Below are positions 22,270-35,891 of a stretch of 64,000 nt of DNA, one piece after another; the stretch's first letter is position 1; every line of letters starts with the position of its first letter. Where the stretch lies: assembly GCA_051313645.2 (NCBI GenBank), contig JBNRSN020000009.1, forward strand, positions 184,016,001 through 184,080,000, given 5' to 3'. The notes beneath the pieces were generated by a model. It had not been told where the DNA came from. It ran no database searches and was given only the letters and a program-made list of their open reading frames with translations. Origin of the DNA: Centroscyllium fabricii (taxonomy: Eukaryota). Both the position numbers and the translations under genes were made by a program.

Positions 22270-22957
22270 TAGTTCAAGAGGCAATATTGCCCAGCACATT
22301 TTATATTTTACAAGGTTTAAGAATAAAATATAAGCCAAATCTTGGATAAGGAACAGCCATTCAGTCAACCATCAGAGCTCATTCCTCCAGTAAATTAACA
22401 CTCCCATCATGGCATTCACTTTTATTTTGACTATTGTTTTTGCCTTTCATCCAAAAGTAATAATCTGGGTATAGCATTTAAATATTTTATATAATTTGGA
22501 GTTTCCCCTTATCCACCTTCCTTTTGAAAGATAAAGTTTAAGCTGATTCCATCTGTCCTTGTATCTCATCATTTTCGGTTGCCCTGGCCCAACAAAATGA
22601 AAAGACGAAAGTTGATTGCGTCAAGAGGTTTTGTGAGTCTCTGTCACTGATCATATATGCCACTAAAAATGCTCTATTTGGTATGAATTTTATTTGAGAA
22701 CACAATATCTATATTGTAATAGCAGTTATCTCACCAACTACAACTTCTCCCAGAAGGTCAACATGGTTATTCTGCAGCCAAGTATTTATGGTAAATTATT
22801 AAAGGAATTGAGCAGCACAAATACTTGCCAATACAGGTCCGGCACCGTTAATCCGGACACCGGTAATCCGCTAACTTCAGTCGTCCGCAACGAATCCGGC
22901 CGACTGGTCTGCGCATGTGCGAAAAGGCCGCGCTTGATGCTTCGGCGAGTGCATGCG

Positions 22958-25900
22958 TGACGTATCGTCAATTCTCTTAATAAAAGACTAAACGAGTAGT
23001 GACCTTAACTATAGGCTTTTATTAACTAATTTTGGAGCTACCCTCCGATCGAACATCCAGAACAGAATGAGGGAGCCTGGTCAGTCCTTACCTATAAAGG
23101 GGCCTCACCTGGGGGAGGAGTTAGAGGTGTGGCTGACCTGGCTCCACGACAGTGTTGCAAAACGGTGTAACATACATAGCCAATATTGGCGACAATATTA
23201 CAGTGGTAAGTATATACAATATGGTTACCACATTCAACCATTTTTGAAAATTTAAGTCCGGCGGGGTGAATGGACAGAGCAGTTCATTATGAGCTTGTCC
23301 AGCGGTCGTGTCTGTCTGGAGGACCGCCGGGGCTCTGGTAAAAGTTCATCGTGTTCCATCCTGCTCGAGTCCGGTGGTGGTGACAGTGACTCTGGTGCCG
23401 AAATTTCGGATGCTGGTGGTCTCAATTGGTCCAAGCCATCGGAATGGTGGTCTTGGGCTGGCCACGGCTGGGGCTCTGGGTACCTCGGAGGCCACTGTAG
23501 ATGCAGGGGATGTTCCAGATACTGTGGCTGGGCGGGCTGCTGCCCGACCAGGGGCTCTGCTGTGGTGCTCCCTGCAGGAGCCAGGTCCCTGATGGAGACG
23601 GTGTCCTCGCGCCCGTCCGGGAACTGCACTTATGCATATTGAGGATTCGCATGCAGGAGCTGCACCTTGTCCACCAGGGGGTCAGTCTTGTGGCCACGGA
23701 CGTGTCTTCTAAGGAAGACCGGTCCCGGTGTCGTGAGCCATGGAGGAAGAGCTGTCCCCGAAGTCGACTTCCTGGGAAAGGAAAAAATCAAGTCATGAGG
23801 GGTGGCGTTAGTGGCCGTACACAGGAGAGAGCGTATTGAATGCAGCACGTCTGGGAGGACTGCCTGCCAATGGGCCACTGGAAGGCCTCTGTACTTCAGA
23901 GCCAGGGTGACCGCCTTCCAGATGATCCCATTCTCCCTTTCTACCTGGCCGATCCCCCGGGGGTTATAACTGGTCGTTCTGCTCGTGGCAAACCCTTTCT
24001 GGAGCAGAAACGGGCGCAGTTCATCGCTCATGAACGATGACCCCCGGTCGCTATGGATGTAGCTGGGGAGACCGAAAATGGCAAACAGCGTGGTGAAGTG
24101 TTTTATCACCGTTGCGCTCGTCATATCTGCGCAGGGGAAAGCGAAGGGGAAGCGGGAGAACTCATCTACGACCGTGAGGAAGTATGAGTTGCGGTCGGTG
24201 GTGGGGAGGGGGCCTTTGAAGTCCACGCTTAGACGTTCAAAGGGGCGGGTGGCCTTAATGAGGTGCACCGTGTCTGGCCAGAAAAATTGGGGTTTGCACT
24301 CGGCGCAAACAGGGCACTCTCGGGTCATAGCCTTGATCTCCGTGATGGAGTAGGGGAGGCTACGGGATCTAACAAAGTGGGCGAGTCTGGTGACACCCGG
24401 GTGGCAAAGGCGGTCATGGAGGTCCTTCAGCCGGTCTAGCTGGGCATTGGCGCACGTTCCCCTGGACAGTGCGTCCGGGGGTTCATTGAGTTTACCTGGT
24501 CGGTAAAGAATGTCGTACTCGTAAGTCGAGAGTTCGATCCGCCACTGCAGGATCTTATCATTCTTGATCTTACCCTTCTGTTTATTATTAAACATAAACG
24601 CCACCGACCGCTGGTCGGGGAGAAGGGTAAAACGCTTACTGGCCAGGTAATGACGCCAGTAGCGCACGGCCTCCACGATGGCCTGGGCCTCCTTTTCCAC
24701 TGCAGAGTGGCGAGTTTCGGGTCCCTGTAGGGTGCGGGAGAAAAATGCTATGGGCCTGCCTGCCTGATTCAGGGTGGCAGCAAGGGCAAAGTCCGAAGCG
24801 TCGCTCTCCACCTGGAAGGGAATGGATTCATCAACAGCATGCATGGTCGCTTTGATGATGTCTTCCTTTATCAGGGCGAATGCCGTTTGGGCTTCTACCG
24901 AAAGGGGGAAGACGGCAGCCTTGAGGAGTGGTCTAGCCTTGTCCGCGAACTGTGGGACCCATTGTGCGTAGTCGGAGAAAAATCCTAGGCATCTCCACAA
25001 GGCTTTGGGGTTGTGAGGTAGGGGCAGTTCTTGTAGGGGGCGCCTACGCTGTGGGTCGGGGCCGAGGACCCCGTTCTCCACCACGTATCCGAGGATGGCG
25101 AGCCGGTCTGTATTAAAGACACATTTGTCCTTGTTATACGTAAGGTCCAGCTTTTCCGCCGTATCAAGGAATTTGGCCAGGTTGGCATCGTGGTCCTGCT
25201 GGTCATGGCCGCAGATGGTCACGTTGTGCAGGTAAGGGAAGGTGGCCCGCAACTCGTTCTGGTCAACCATGCGGTCCATCTCATGTTGGAACACTGACAC
25301 TCCGTTGCTCACGCCGAAGGGGACCCAGAGGAAGTGGTAGAGCCGACCGTTCGCCTCGAAGGCGGTGTACGGGCTGTCGGCTTTCCGGATTGGGAGTTGG
25401 TGATACGCCGACTTAAGGTTGATCGTGGAGAACACCTTATATTGGGCGATCTGGTTGACCATGTCCGAAATGCGGGGGAGGGGGTAGGCGTCGAGCCCGG
25501 TGTAGCGGTTAATGGTCTGGCTGTAGTCGATAACCAGCCGCTGTTTCTCGCCAGTCTTCACCACTACTACCTGGGCCCGCCAGGGGCTGGTCCTGGCTTC
25601 AATTATCCCCTCCTTTAGCATACACCCGACCTCCGACCTGATAAACGTGCGATCCCCCAAACTGTACCGCCGACTCTTAGTAGCAATTGGTTTGCAGTTA
25701 GGGTCGAGGTTGGCGAACAGTGAGGGGGGGTCGATTTTCAGGGTGGCGAGGCCGCAGGCCGGGCTCCGCTTTGGGAAGGGACTGTCCCGGCTACTGACGG
25801 TGAGGGGGGCAAGGTCCCGCCGAACTCCATTGTCACACTCTTGAGGTGGCACTGGAAATCCAGACCTAGTAAGGCTGGGGCACACAACTGTTTGAGGGTG

Positions 25901-27718
25901 TACAATTTAAAATTACGGTACACGCAACCCTTGACTGTGAGCGTGACGGAGCAGTAGCCAGTGACGTCCGCGGTGTGGGACTGTGAAGCAAGGGAGACTT
26001 GGTAGCGCGTGGGCAGGATCTGCAGTCCGTAGCGCTGCGCTGTATCGGGGTGTACAAAACTCTCTGTGCTTCCAGTGTCGAACAGGCAATTGGTAATATG
26101 GCCGTTAATTTTGATCGGCATGATCGAGTTCGATAGGTTGTTTGGCCTAGCCTGGTCCACTTTGGGTATGGCTGAGGCCGAAGTGTGCCTTTGTGTGTGG
26201 GGGCCCCCTGCTTGTTGGGGCTGTACACAAAATGGCAGCGCCCATGGCTCCCACATGTCAGTGCACTGGAGACAAGATGGCGGCGCCGGGGGGTCGCACA
26301 TGGTGGGCCGCTGGAGACAAGATGGCGGCGCCCGTGGTTCACACACGGCTGACCGCTGTGAGCGCGCTGGAGGCGCCCGTGGTTCGCACGCAGTGGGCCG
26401 CAGTGGCTGGGTTGGCGGTGCCCGTGGTTCGCACGCAGCGGGTCTGCCGCTGGCGTTGGGGGGTCGCGCTTGGCCGGCCGTGGCTGAGCTTTGCGTGCCG
26501 TGGGTGCAGCCGGCCTTTGCTGCATCAAGGTGGGAGATGGGGGCGCTTTTCTTCTACCCCCGGACCGTCGCTGGATCGCGCTGCTATTGCAGCTTACCTG
26601 AGTCCTGGCGGAGCTTTCACAGGCTGCGCTGTTGTACCTGGAGTTGGGCGCTGCTGGTGCTGATCTGCAGGCCTTCGTGTAGTGTCCCTTTTTGGAGCAC
26701 CTCTCACAGGTTGCGGTCCTCGCTGGGCATCTCGCTCGTGGATGCAGTCCCTGACCGCAGAAGTGGCATCGTTTGTCCTTTGCGGCTGTCGCAGCCATCG
26801 TGGGGGTCTCGACCCATTGTGGTGCTGCCCAGGCCTGGGCCCGTTGTGGCACGGCCCACATTTCATAGGCCTGCGGGTTAGTGCCGCTGTACGCCTGCAG
26901 CTTGTTGCGTGCCCCTTCTACAGAGTTAGATATGGAGATCGCCTCCTCTAGAGTCAGAGAGTCTTTCTCGAGCAGCCGCTGGCGGGCTTCCACACACCTC
27001 ACGCCTGTTACGTATGCGTCACGGATGAGGATATTCGCCTCTTCCTCTGCTGTCCGTGCTTGACAGCCACAGACCCGTACCAGGGCTTGGCGTGCTTGTT
27101 CAAATTGTTCATTTGTCTCAACCGGTAGTTGCGGTCTGGTCGTGAGCACATGTCTGGCGTAGACCGAGTGGACCGGGCACTCGTAGCATTTCCGCAGTTT
27201 TTCGACTGCCGCTGGGTAGGTTTTGGCATCTCTGATGAGGGAGAATACTCGGCTGGAGATCCTAGACCGGAGAACTTGCAATTTGTTCCCGTCGGTTGTA
27301 GCCTTGGCGGCGTCCATATAGGCCTCCAGGAGACCGAACCAGTGTTCGAACGTGGTGGCGGCGGCTGGGTCCTGTGGACTGGTGTCCAGCTTCTCTGGCT
27401 TTACCGCACCGCTCTCCATTTCAAATTTTCTTAGTTAATAAAATTGACGTATCGTCAATTCTCTTAATAAAAGACTAAACGAGTAGTGACCTTAACTATA
27501 GGCTTTTATTAACTTAATTTGGAGCTACCCTCCGATGGAACATCCAGAACAGAATGAGGGAGCCTGGTCAGTCCTCACCTATAAAGGGGCCTTACCTGGG
27601 GAGGAGTTAGAGGTGTGGCTGACCTGGCTCCACGACAGTGTTGCAAAACGGTGTAACATACATAGCCAATATTGGCGACAATATTACGGTGGTAAGTATA
27701 TACAATATGGTTACCACA
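22958..27718 (-). mobile_element. Full-length Ty3/Gypsy element (family 2), degenerate
   Basis: LTRs 27445-27718 and 22958-23232; TSD ATGCG; no tRNA PBS. Confidence 0.95.
23252..27419 (-). pseudogene. gag-pol with two frameshifts, a stop and a YLHN mutation
   Basis: ORF pieces 25866-27419, 25738-26346, 23630-25885 and 23252-23629 are collinear with the family 1 polyprotein. Confidence 0.92.
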
Positions 27719-28100
27719 ATGCGCAGACCATTCAAAATGGCCACCGGCCTTCGCGGTGGCCATTTTGAATGGTCCCGTACGATTGATGCTTCAGCGAGCG
27801 CATGCACAGATTATTCAAAATGGCCACCGGCCTTCGCATGCACATGCGCTCGCCGAAGCTTCAATCGTTCGGAGTTTTCACTTGTCCGGCACTGGCCTGG
27901 TCCCGAGGGTGCTGAATTAACGGTGCTCAACCTGTACCATGCCGCTCTATATTAGACCTGTAAAATGTAAAAGAGACGGCAAGAGAAATCGAAATTGTAT
28001 CACTATTTTGCCTTTGTTCAATGCGCAAAAAATAATAAGTTCCTTTACTGCGATCCATCAGTTGTTGCATCCAGGGCAGAAATCAGCCAAACAACGTTAC

Positions 28101-28150
28101 CTTGCAAGGCCCATAACCAGATGACTTGCTATTTTTAGATATTCTTCTTG
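28101..28150 (-). CDS. Putative host exon QEEYLKIASHLVMGLA(R)
   Basis: cttcccagtaacag acceptor, AAG|gtaacg donor, phases 0/2. Confidence 0.45.
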
Positions 28151-28862
28151 CTGTTACTGGGAAGATAAGGATCTTGCGTATCCGAGGCAAATTACTGAAC
28201 ACTACATGAACACTGACATGATGAGAATGACAGCTTGCATAAAAGACCCTCTGAGTTTTCTAGGCTTTCTGACATACAGCTGATGAGCCGGTAATGTCTA
28301 GTGCGCTAGGATAACCTAAAAAGCCACTAGTGGGTGATGGCTGTCATAACATCCAAAGATGCCTCTTTATATAAGTCTATCGCTATGGAGTCAGCCATTT
28401 GCACTCCGCCCACCCCCACTTCTAGGCAGGCAGAAGTGGACAGCCAGAGAAAAGGCCTTTTGATTTTTCTTCTGTGTGATTTAGTTCCTCGCTCACACTA
28501 TTCTAATTCCAAATGACAATATTTGCTTAAGCCACTGGAACCGCCGTGGGCAAAAAAAGAAACAATGATAGTAATGTTTAATGCTGTTGTCCCTGAGAAT
28601 CTGCTTAGATTTACATTGCTGGTTAACATTTGCCTTCTCCTCAGAGTCCTGGCAGACTACGAGCTGATTGATTTTTGGCAGCAAGTGTGCCAGCTGCAGT
28701 GCTGGAAAAGGCAGTGCAGAACTGGAGAGTGTCAGGTACAATTTTAACACTTCAGTTTAGTTCAGGTGCCCCCCTTATTAATAATGTATGTTTAGTTGAA
28801 TTGAGCTGTGGCCTTAAAGGAAATGCACACTTTGGACCTGGTTACAGTGTAATACGCACTTA

Positions 28863-30120
28863 GGGCGTGATTTTGACAATGGGGGTGCGTTGAAGGCGGG
28901 ACTGCTGCTTGTCAGGTTTTAGTCCCGCCTCCATCAACTTGTGGTCAACCCACGCTATTTTCCCTTGATTGACCTTGTTAAGCACACCCAGCGGGCTCAG
29001 CAGACCAATTAAGGGGAAGCCGGTTACAGGGAACATAGAAACATAGAAACTAGGAGCAGGAGTAGGCCATTCGGCCCTTCGAGCCTGCTCCGCCATTCAA
29101 TGAGATCATGGCTGATCATCCAAACCCAGTACCCCGCCCCTGCCCTCCCCCCATATCCCTCGATCCCTCTTGAGCCTGCACCAACACATATCCCACCCTA
29201 TCCCCGTAACCCCACATATTCAATCCCCCCAACACTAAGGGTCAATTTATCCTGGCCAATCAACCTAACCCGCACATCTTTGGACTGTGGGAGGAAACTG
29301 GAGCACCCGGAGGAAACCCACGCAGACACGGGGAGAATGTGCAAACTCCACACAGATAGTCACCCGAGGCTGGATTTGAACCCGGGTCTCCAGTGCTGTG
29401 AGACAACAGTGCTAACCACTATGCCACCGTGCCGCCCCTGATGAAACATCAGCATATGACGTTTCATCTGTGAAAACATTTTTGACAGAAGAATTGTCAA
29501 CGTTTGACAGTTCTGTGAAGCTGTCAAACACTGACATTCTATGTTGTTTGATGAGTCCTTGTATTAAAGACTCATCACACCTCTTTTGTGAGCAGAAATT
29601 AGATGGCTGTTGCATCAGAGAATGCAGCAGCCATCTGTCATCTCTGCTGGTGAGATGCGAGACTCTCCGGTTCCCCAACTGTTGAAGCCTGCAGGAAGAA
29701 ACAAAGGTAAGTAAACATTTTCTATCACTTTTCACTCACCTCACATACTTACCTCTCCACACTTGCACCCATCGCTTACCTTCAAAGCGCAGTTTTGGAT
29801 CCCGCAGACCTCCGCAGACCCTCTGCTCGCCTTGGTGACCCTGGCGGGGTTTCCCGACATCGGGAAGCCCGCACCTCTGCTGGAAAAATTATGATAATCC
29901 TCTTAACTGCCTGTTAACTACCTGTAAACAGGCAGTTAAGTGGCTGTAATCCCCTTCCCGCCTCCAGGAAATGGGACACGGCGTGGGTCGGCTACCCACC
30001 TCCTGGGAAGATGGCACGGAGGTGGGTTGGGGGCGGGATGGGTACCCGCCCCCAGATTCTGCCATATTCCTGGCAGTCCCGCCTCCAAACCCACCTCCCA
30101 AGGCTGGCAAAATCCAGCCC
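28863..30120. mobile_element. Harbinger-like MITE (GGGC.GGATTTT TIR) containing a SINE
   Basis: TIRs; flanks TTA/TAA; homologous to 57324-58144. Confidence 0.75.
29032..29438 (-). mobile_element. HE1-type V-SINE
   Basis: Full-length copy. Confidence 0.9.
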
Positions 30121-30203
30121 TAAGTGTCTGGTTCACAGCACTAATTAGCTGGTATTATTTCATCAACACAGTACAAAACAGTGAGAGTTGAGTTTGAGCT
30201 TAC

Positions 30204-30304
30204 TCGACCACGACAATTAACTATCTTCGAGGAACCAACAGCACTTTTGTTGCTGGTGATGGTATCAGGCTTGTAGATACTGATGGCGAACAATACATAG
30301 GAAA
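30204..30304 (-). CDS. Putative host exon (V)SYVLFAISIYKPDTITSNKSAVGSSKIVNCRGR
   Basis: ccttttgacactag acceptor, gtaagc donor, phases 1/0. Confidence 0.45.
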
Positions 30305-30477
30305 CTAGTGTCAAAAGGACAGTTTCCCCCCTTTAAGTAATTATAATAAAGCTCTGCTTTCACTGCTGTTGGAAGAGTAGAGGGGTTTGTGCCTAAAATG
30401 GATACTTAGCTGAGAAGGACAAGAAAAATATCGCACAACCAAAACTCTGTTTCCCAAATATTTCAATCCAATCTCAC

Positions 30478-30534
30478 CCCCATTCAGACGAGGGTGTGTG
30501 GCCCTGATGTTCCCCGGGTTCTTCCAGCTCACAA
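30478..30534 (-). CDS. Putative host exon VSWKNPGNIRATHPRLNG
   Basis: ttttaag acceptor, G|gtgaga donor, phases 1/1. Confidence 0.35.
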
Positions 30535-30556
30535 CTTAAAACTTTGACTGGAAGTT

Positions 30557-31721
30557 AACATAAGAACATAAGAAGTAGGAGCAGGAGTAGGCCAATCGGC
30601 CCTTCGAGCCTGCTCCGCCATTCAATAAGATCATGGCTGATCTGATCCTAGCCTCAATTTTATTTTTACTCTCTACCCCGCCCCAACCAATGTAATCACC
30701 TGGGAGAGATGAAAAACCAGACATGGCCGATCTCAACCTAGCCTCACGTCCACTTACCAGCCCGTTCACCATAACCCCTAATTCCCTTTAATTCCAGGAA
30801 ACTGTCTATCTCAGTTTTAAATTTATTCAACGTAGTAGCTTCTACAGCTCTCTGTGGTAGCAAATTCCACAGCCGCACCACCCTCTGAGTAAAGAAGTTC
30901 CCCCTCATCTCAGTTTTAAAATGGGAGCCCTTTATTTTAAGATTATGCCCCCTAGTCCTAGTCTCACCCACCATTGGGAACATCCTCACCGCATCCACCC
31001 GATCAAGCCCTCTCACAATCTTATATACCTCAATAAGATCGCCCCTCATTCTTCTGAACTCCAATGAGTAGAGGCCCAATCCACTCAGCCTCTCGTCATA
31101 TGTTAGTCCCCTCATCCCCGGAACTAACCTAGTGAATCTTCTCTGCACTGCCTCGAGAGCAAGTATGTCCTTTCTTAAATAGGGACACCAGAACTGCACG
31201 CAGTATTCCAGGTGTGGTCTCACCAATACCCTGTACAACTGCAACAAGACCTCCCTGCTTCTATACTCAATCCCCTTAGCAATAAAAGCCAACACTCCGT
31301 TGGCCTTCCTTACCACCTGCTGCACCTGCATATTAACTTTCTGTGTCCCCTGCACCAGGACCCCCAGATCCCTTTGCACAGAAGTACTTTCCAGTTCCTT
31401 TCCATTTAGATAATAACTTGCTCTATTATTTTTCCTGCCAAAGTGCATAACTTCACATTTTCCAGTATTATACTCCATCTGCCAAATCTCTGCCCACTCA
31501 CTTAGCTTATCTATGTCCTTTTGCAGGGTTTTAATGTCCTCCTCATTCATCACCCTCCCTCCCATTTTTGTGTCATCTGCAAACTTTGATACGCTGCACT
31601 TGGTCCCTTCTTCCAAATCGTTAATATAGATTGTAAAGAGTTGGGGTCCCAGCACCGACCCTTGCGGAACACCACTAGTGACTGACTGCCAGTCTGAGAA
31701 TGAACCATTTATCCCAACTCT
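30557..31721 (-). mobile_element. 5'-truncated CR1 LINE with open RT C-terminal half
   Basis: GVPQGSVLGP, FADD, LGV motifs in ORF 30744-31760. Confidence 0.95.
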
Positions 31722-32029
31722 CACAGTTCCCTCTGTGGCATTCCGTTCTGCATGGAACAATTACTTCCATAGGTTGCTGATGCACACTCTCCACTTCCTC
31801 GCCCTAGCCTTTCATCAGGGCACACTCTAGCGTAATATTTCACAGGCCGACGGAAGCAAGTGTCCTCATTGGTAGGCCCAGTATTCAGGGATCTTGCCTG
31901 GCACCACTGGGGACCTGGTGGTCGAGAGTATGGCACGACATAGTGACCTCGAACGTCCTTTTCAGTCACATTTTGTAGACACTCAGGCCACGTGTCCATT
32001 TTGCGGCCTTAATGAGGATATCTACCATA

Positions 32030-32345
32030 TTTACACGTGAGTCCAAAAAACAAGGCTGAAGCATTTGCAACCAACTTCAGCCAGAAGTGCCGAGTTGATG
32101 ATTCATATCGGCCTACTCCCGAAGTCCCCACCATCATAATGTCCTGTCCACAAAAAACAGGACAAATCCAACCCAGCCAATTACCGCCCCACCAGTCTAC
32201 TTTCAATCATCAGCAAAATGATGGAAGGTGTCATCGACAGTGCTCTCAAGCGACACTTACTCACCAATAACCTGCTCACCGATGCCCAGTTTGGGTTCCG
32301 CCAGGACCACTCGGCTCCCAACCTCATTACAGCCTTGGTCCAAAC
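32030..32345 (+). mobile_element. Degraded LINE ORF2 fragments
   Basis: KAEAFATNFSQKC; NYRP.SLLSIISK.ME; QFGFR. Confidence 0.7.
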
Positions 32346-32904
32346 ATTTCACAAGCATTGGCCAACACCTGTTAATGAGTAGAAATGTTTGGAGCATTCA
32401 TGGTTAATCTATTGTGGCATATAACCGTTATTCCAGAACTCCTCTGCACATTTTGCAAAAAGACTTAATGAACAGTGGAATGTCCGCCTCCTAGTTTTTG
32501 TGTCAAGGCATTTACTTCATAAAATTGCTTTATAAACATGTAAAATCTATGTGGTGCACGTCCTGCTGTGTCCCTACAGAGAGCTCCATTTTGAATCATA
32601 GCATTATAAACATTTTAGCACAGGAGGATGCCATATGCTGATGCTAACTTCACATTAGAGCTAACTATTATAATACCATTTTTTTGCCATTTCCCTGTAC
32701 CCTTTAATATTTTTCCTATTCAAGTATTTCAGTTCCCTCTTAAATTCAGTGATCGTATAAGTATTTGTAGTCATACATTCCAGATTGCTATAATCCTTTG
32801 ATTAAAAAATATTTCTAACCTTTCCCTTTATGCTCCGAGTAGTAATTCAACATTACATCCAACCCTCACATTTTCATGGTCCATCCCTAACTCTTCATGG
32901 ATTA

Positions 32905-33045
32905 TTCTCTCCGCTCTGGCTATCAACAGACATCTATTCCAAGCCTACCAATTCCCACATCTACTTGAATTATGCCTCTACCTACTCCACTTCCTGGGAG
33001 GACTTTCCCTTATTCCAGTTTCTCCATCACCATTCCATCGGTTTC
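32905..33045 (+). pseudogene. Old Penelope RT remnant
   Basis: LSTDIYSKPTNSHIYLNY...P.FQFL motif. Confidence 0.55.
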
Positions 33046-33048
33046 AAT

Positions 33049-33884
33049 GGGGGGGATATTCATGTCCCCGTGAGGTGGGGTTTTTCGGCGGCCCGGCCGG
33101 CAAAATAGCGGAACCAGCAGGTCCCGCCCGCCCCCGCTGTATCCCCGCCGCTTTCTCATTTTCCCCCGCCCAGATTCCCCGCCCCGAAACCTTCCCGCCG
33201 CCGACCGGCGGGGATGGTTTGTCACCTCATTAAGGGCCCTTAATTGGCATCTTTAATGGCATTTTAAGGGCCCTCAGCCATTTTGCCCTGTTTCCCGCCC
33301 TAACCCCGTCACCTTAAACCCCGCTGGGTATAACCCAGCGGGAGCACTGTGCTGGTTATTACTGTTGGACTATAACCTGGTGTTGTGTGACTTCTGGCAT
33401 TTATTACTTTCTCCTTCAAGGTGTGAAGGACATGCTGCCAAATGCTTGGCATGCCTCCAGCACTTAGAGGAATACGTAACTCCATTCTGGCTGCAGCAGC
33501 AGCTGTGAGCAGAAACGGAGAAATCTCAGTTCTGCACAGTTCCTGACAGCTGCTGAGATTTGTGAGGGATTCTGAGCCCACCCGCCCACCTGTCAGTCAC
33601 CAGCACTTGGCCTTTCCCATTGGCTCCACTCCACTGTGATGTCACAGTGGAGTGTTTCCATGGGAACTGACAACAACCAGTGCTGGAACTGTCAATCAAA
33701 CTGCTCGCAGCCCCGAAGCAGCCCGACTCGATTGACCTAATTGCCTCCCGCTGCCGCCAATGGGGATTTAACAACCGAATTAAACTAAAATTGTGTGGCC
33801 TTCCCAGCTGTTTGGGCGGGCGGGACCAGAAGCCGCCCAGACCAATCCCCGCCAGGTTCCCGCCCTTCCGGCAAAATCCCCCCC
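33049..33884. mobile_element. Harbinger-like MITE
   Basis: TIR GGGGGGGAT.TT/AAAATCCCCCCC; TSD AAT. Confidence 0.75.
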
Positions 33885-33898
33885 AATGTCTAGACCTT

Positions 33899-34138
33899 AC
33901 ATAGAAACATAGAAACATAGAAACTAGGAGCAGGAGTAGGCCATTCGGCCCTTCGAGCCTGCTCCGCCATTCAATGAGATCATGGCTGATCATCCAAACC
34001 CAGCACCCCGCCCCTGCCCTCTCCCTATCGAGCTTGCATCAACACATATCCCACCCTATCCCCGTAACCCCAGATATTCAACCCCCTAGCACATTAGGGT
34101 CAATTTATCCTGGCCAATCAACCTAACCCGCACATCTT
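33899..34138 (-). mobile_element. 5'-truncated HE1-type SINE
   Basis: Tail and 3' half only. Confidence 0.85.
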
Positions 34139-34499
34139 ACACACTAGAACTTTTCAAATATCCTGCATTTTGCCCAGCCCAGGATCTCTGCAGTGCTCAA
34201 CAGGGTTTTTGACTGAGCCGGTTTAATTTTCCCATTGTTTGCTCTCACTCACTTCCTATCAACATTGACAAAGGCCCCTTGCTTGCCCTGACCCTTCACC
34301 CCACCAGCACCAATCTACATATTCACTAAATCACCTTAACATTACAACACGGTCCTACCAACAAGGAAATCTTTCCCTTTGCTGTCCATGTTCTGAAGGG
34401 ATCATTACCACCACAACTTCAACTCCAATGGAGCCTCCTCCTCCTGTTAGTTGTTTAATAGCCCACCGCCATTCACAACTGGATGTGGCAGGACTGCAG

Positions 34500-35885
34500 A
34501 TCTTTGATCTGATCCATTGATTGTGGGATCCCTAAGCTCTGCCTATAGCATGCTGCTTCTGCTTTTTAGCATGAATGTAGTACTGTGTTGCAGCTTCCCA
34601 GGTTGGCACCGCATTTTTAGGTACGCCTGGTGCTGCTCCTGGCATGCTCTTCTACACTCCTCATAGAAACATAGAAACATAGAAACTAGCAGCAGGAGTA
34701 GGCCATTCGGCCCTTTGAGCCTGCTCCACCATTCAATGAGATCATGGCTGATCATCCAAACCCAGTACCCCGCCCCTGCCCTCTCCCCAAATCCCTATCG
34801 AGCCTGCATCGACATATATCCCACCCTATCCCTATATATTCAATCTCCCTAACACTAAGGGTCAATTTATCCTGGCCAATCAACCTAACCCACACATCTT
34901 TGGACTGTGGGAGGAAACCGGAGCACCCGGAGGAAACCCACGCAGACACGGGGAGAATGTGCAAACTCCACACAGATAGTACCCGAGGCCGGATTTGAAC
35001 ACGGGTCTCCAGTGCTGTGAGACAACAATGCTAACCACTGTGCCACCGTGCCGCCCATTAAACCAGGGTTCGTCCCCTGGCTTGATGGTAATGGTAAAGT
35101 AAGAGATATGCCGGGCCATGAGATTACAGATTGTGGTGGAATGCAATTCTGCTGCTGCTGATGGTCCACAGCGCCTTATGGATGCCCAGTTTTGAGCTGC
35201 TAGATCTGTTTTAAATCTGTCCCATTTAACACAGTGGTAGTGACACACAACATGATAGAGGGTGTCCTCAGTGTGAAGATGGGACTTCGTCTCCACAATG
35301 ACTGTGCGGTGGTCATTGCTATTAATGCATCTGCGACAGGTAGATTGGTGAGGATTAAGTCTAAGTAAGTTTTTCTCTCGTGTTGGTTCTCTCACCACCT
35401 GTTGCAGGCCCAGACTGGCGGCGATGTCCTTCAGGACTTGGCCAGTAGTGGTGCTACCGAGCTACTCTTGGTGATTGACATTTATGTCCCCCACCCAGAG
35501 TACATTCTGTGCCCTTGCTACTCTCAGTGCTTCTTCCAAGTGGTGGAGGAGTACTGATTCATCAGCTGAGTGAGAGCGATAGGTGGTAATCAGCAGGAGG
35601 TTTCCTTTTCCATGCTTGACCTGAAACCATGAGAGTTTATTGGGTCCGGAGTCAATGTTGAGGATCCCAGGGCCACTGCTTCCCGTCTGTATACCACTGT
35701 GCCGCCACCCCTGGTGGGTCTGTTCTGCTGATGGGCCAGAACATATCCAGGGATGGCGATGGAGGAGTTTGGGGCAATTTTGGCACAAGTCCCCTGATGT
35801 TGGTAAGGAGTACTTTGCAGGGTTGACTGTGCTGTTGCCGTGTCCGGTGGCAAGGTCAATGCCAGGTGGTCCATCCAGTTTTATT
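34500..35885 (-). mobile_element. Degraded LINE (APE endonuclease region), interrupted by a SINE
   Basis: IPGYVL..Q.RPTRGGG..VY; WVGD.NV; DH..V motifs in frameshifted ORFs. Confidence 0.75.
34663..35056 (-). mobile_element. HE1-type V-SINE
   Basis: Full-length copy. Confidence 0.9.
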
Positions 35886-35891
35886 CTTATT

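Larger units (their letters stand above)
22834..27934. mobile_element. Tigger-like MITE interrupted by Gypsy family 2
   Basis: TA-CAGGT..GCACCGTTAAT left end and TTAACGGTGCTCAACCTG-TA right end. Confidence 0.8.

Noticed and set aside
22519-22650. Open segments with splice-like borders on both strands
   Set aside because: Not needed by, and not phase-compatible with, the proposed exon chain
25866-26480. Programmed gag/pol frameshift in family 2
   Set aside because: Families 1 and 3 are in frame here and this copy has other lesions, so it is most likely decay
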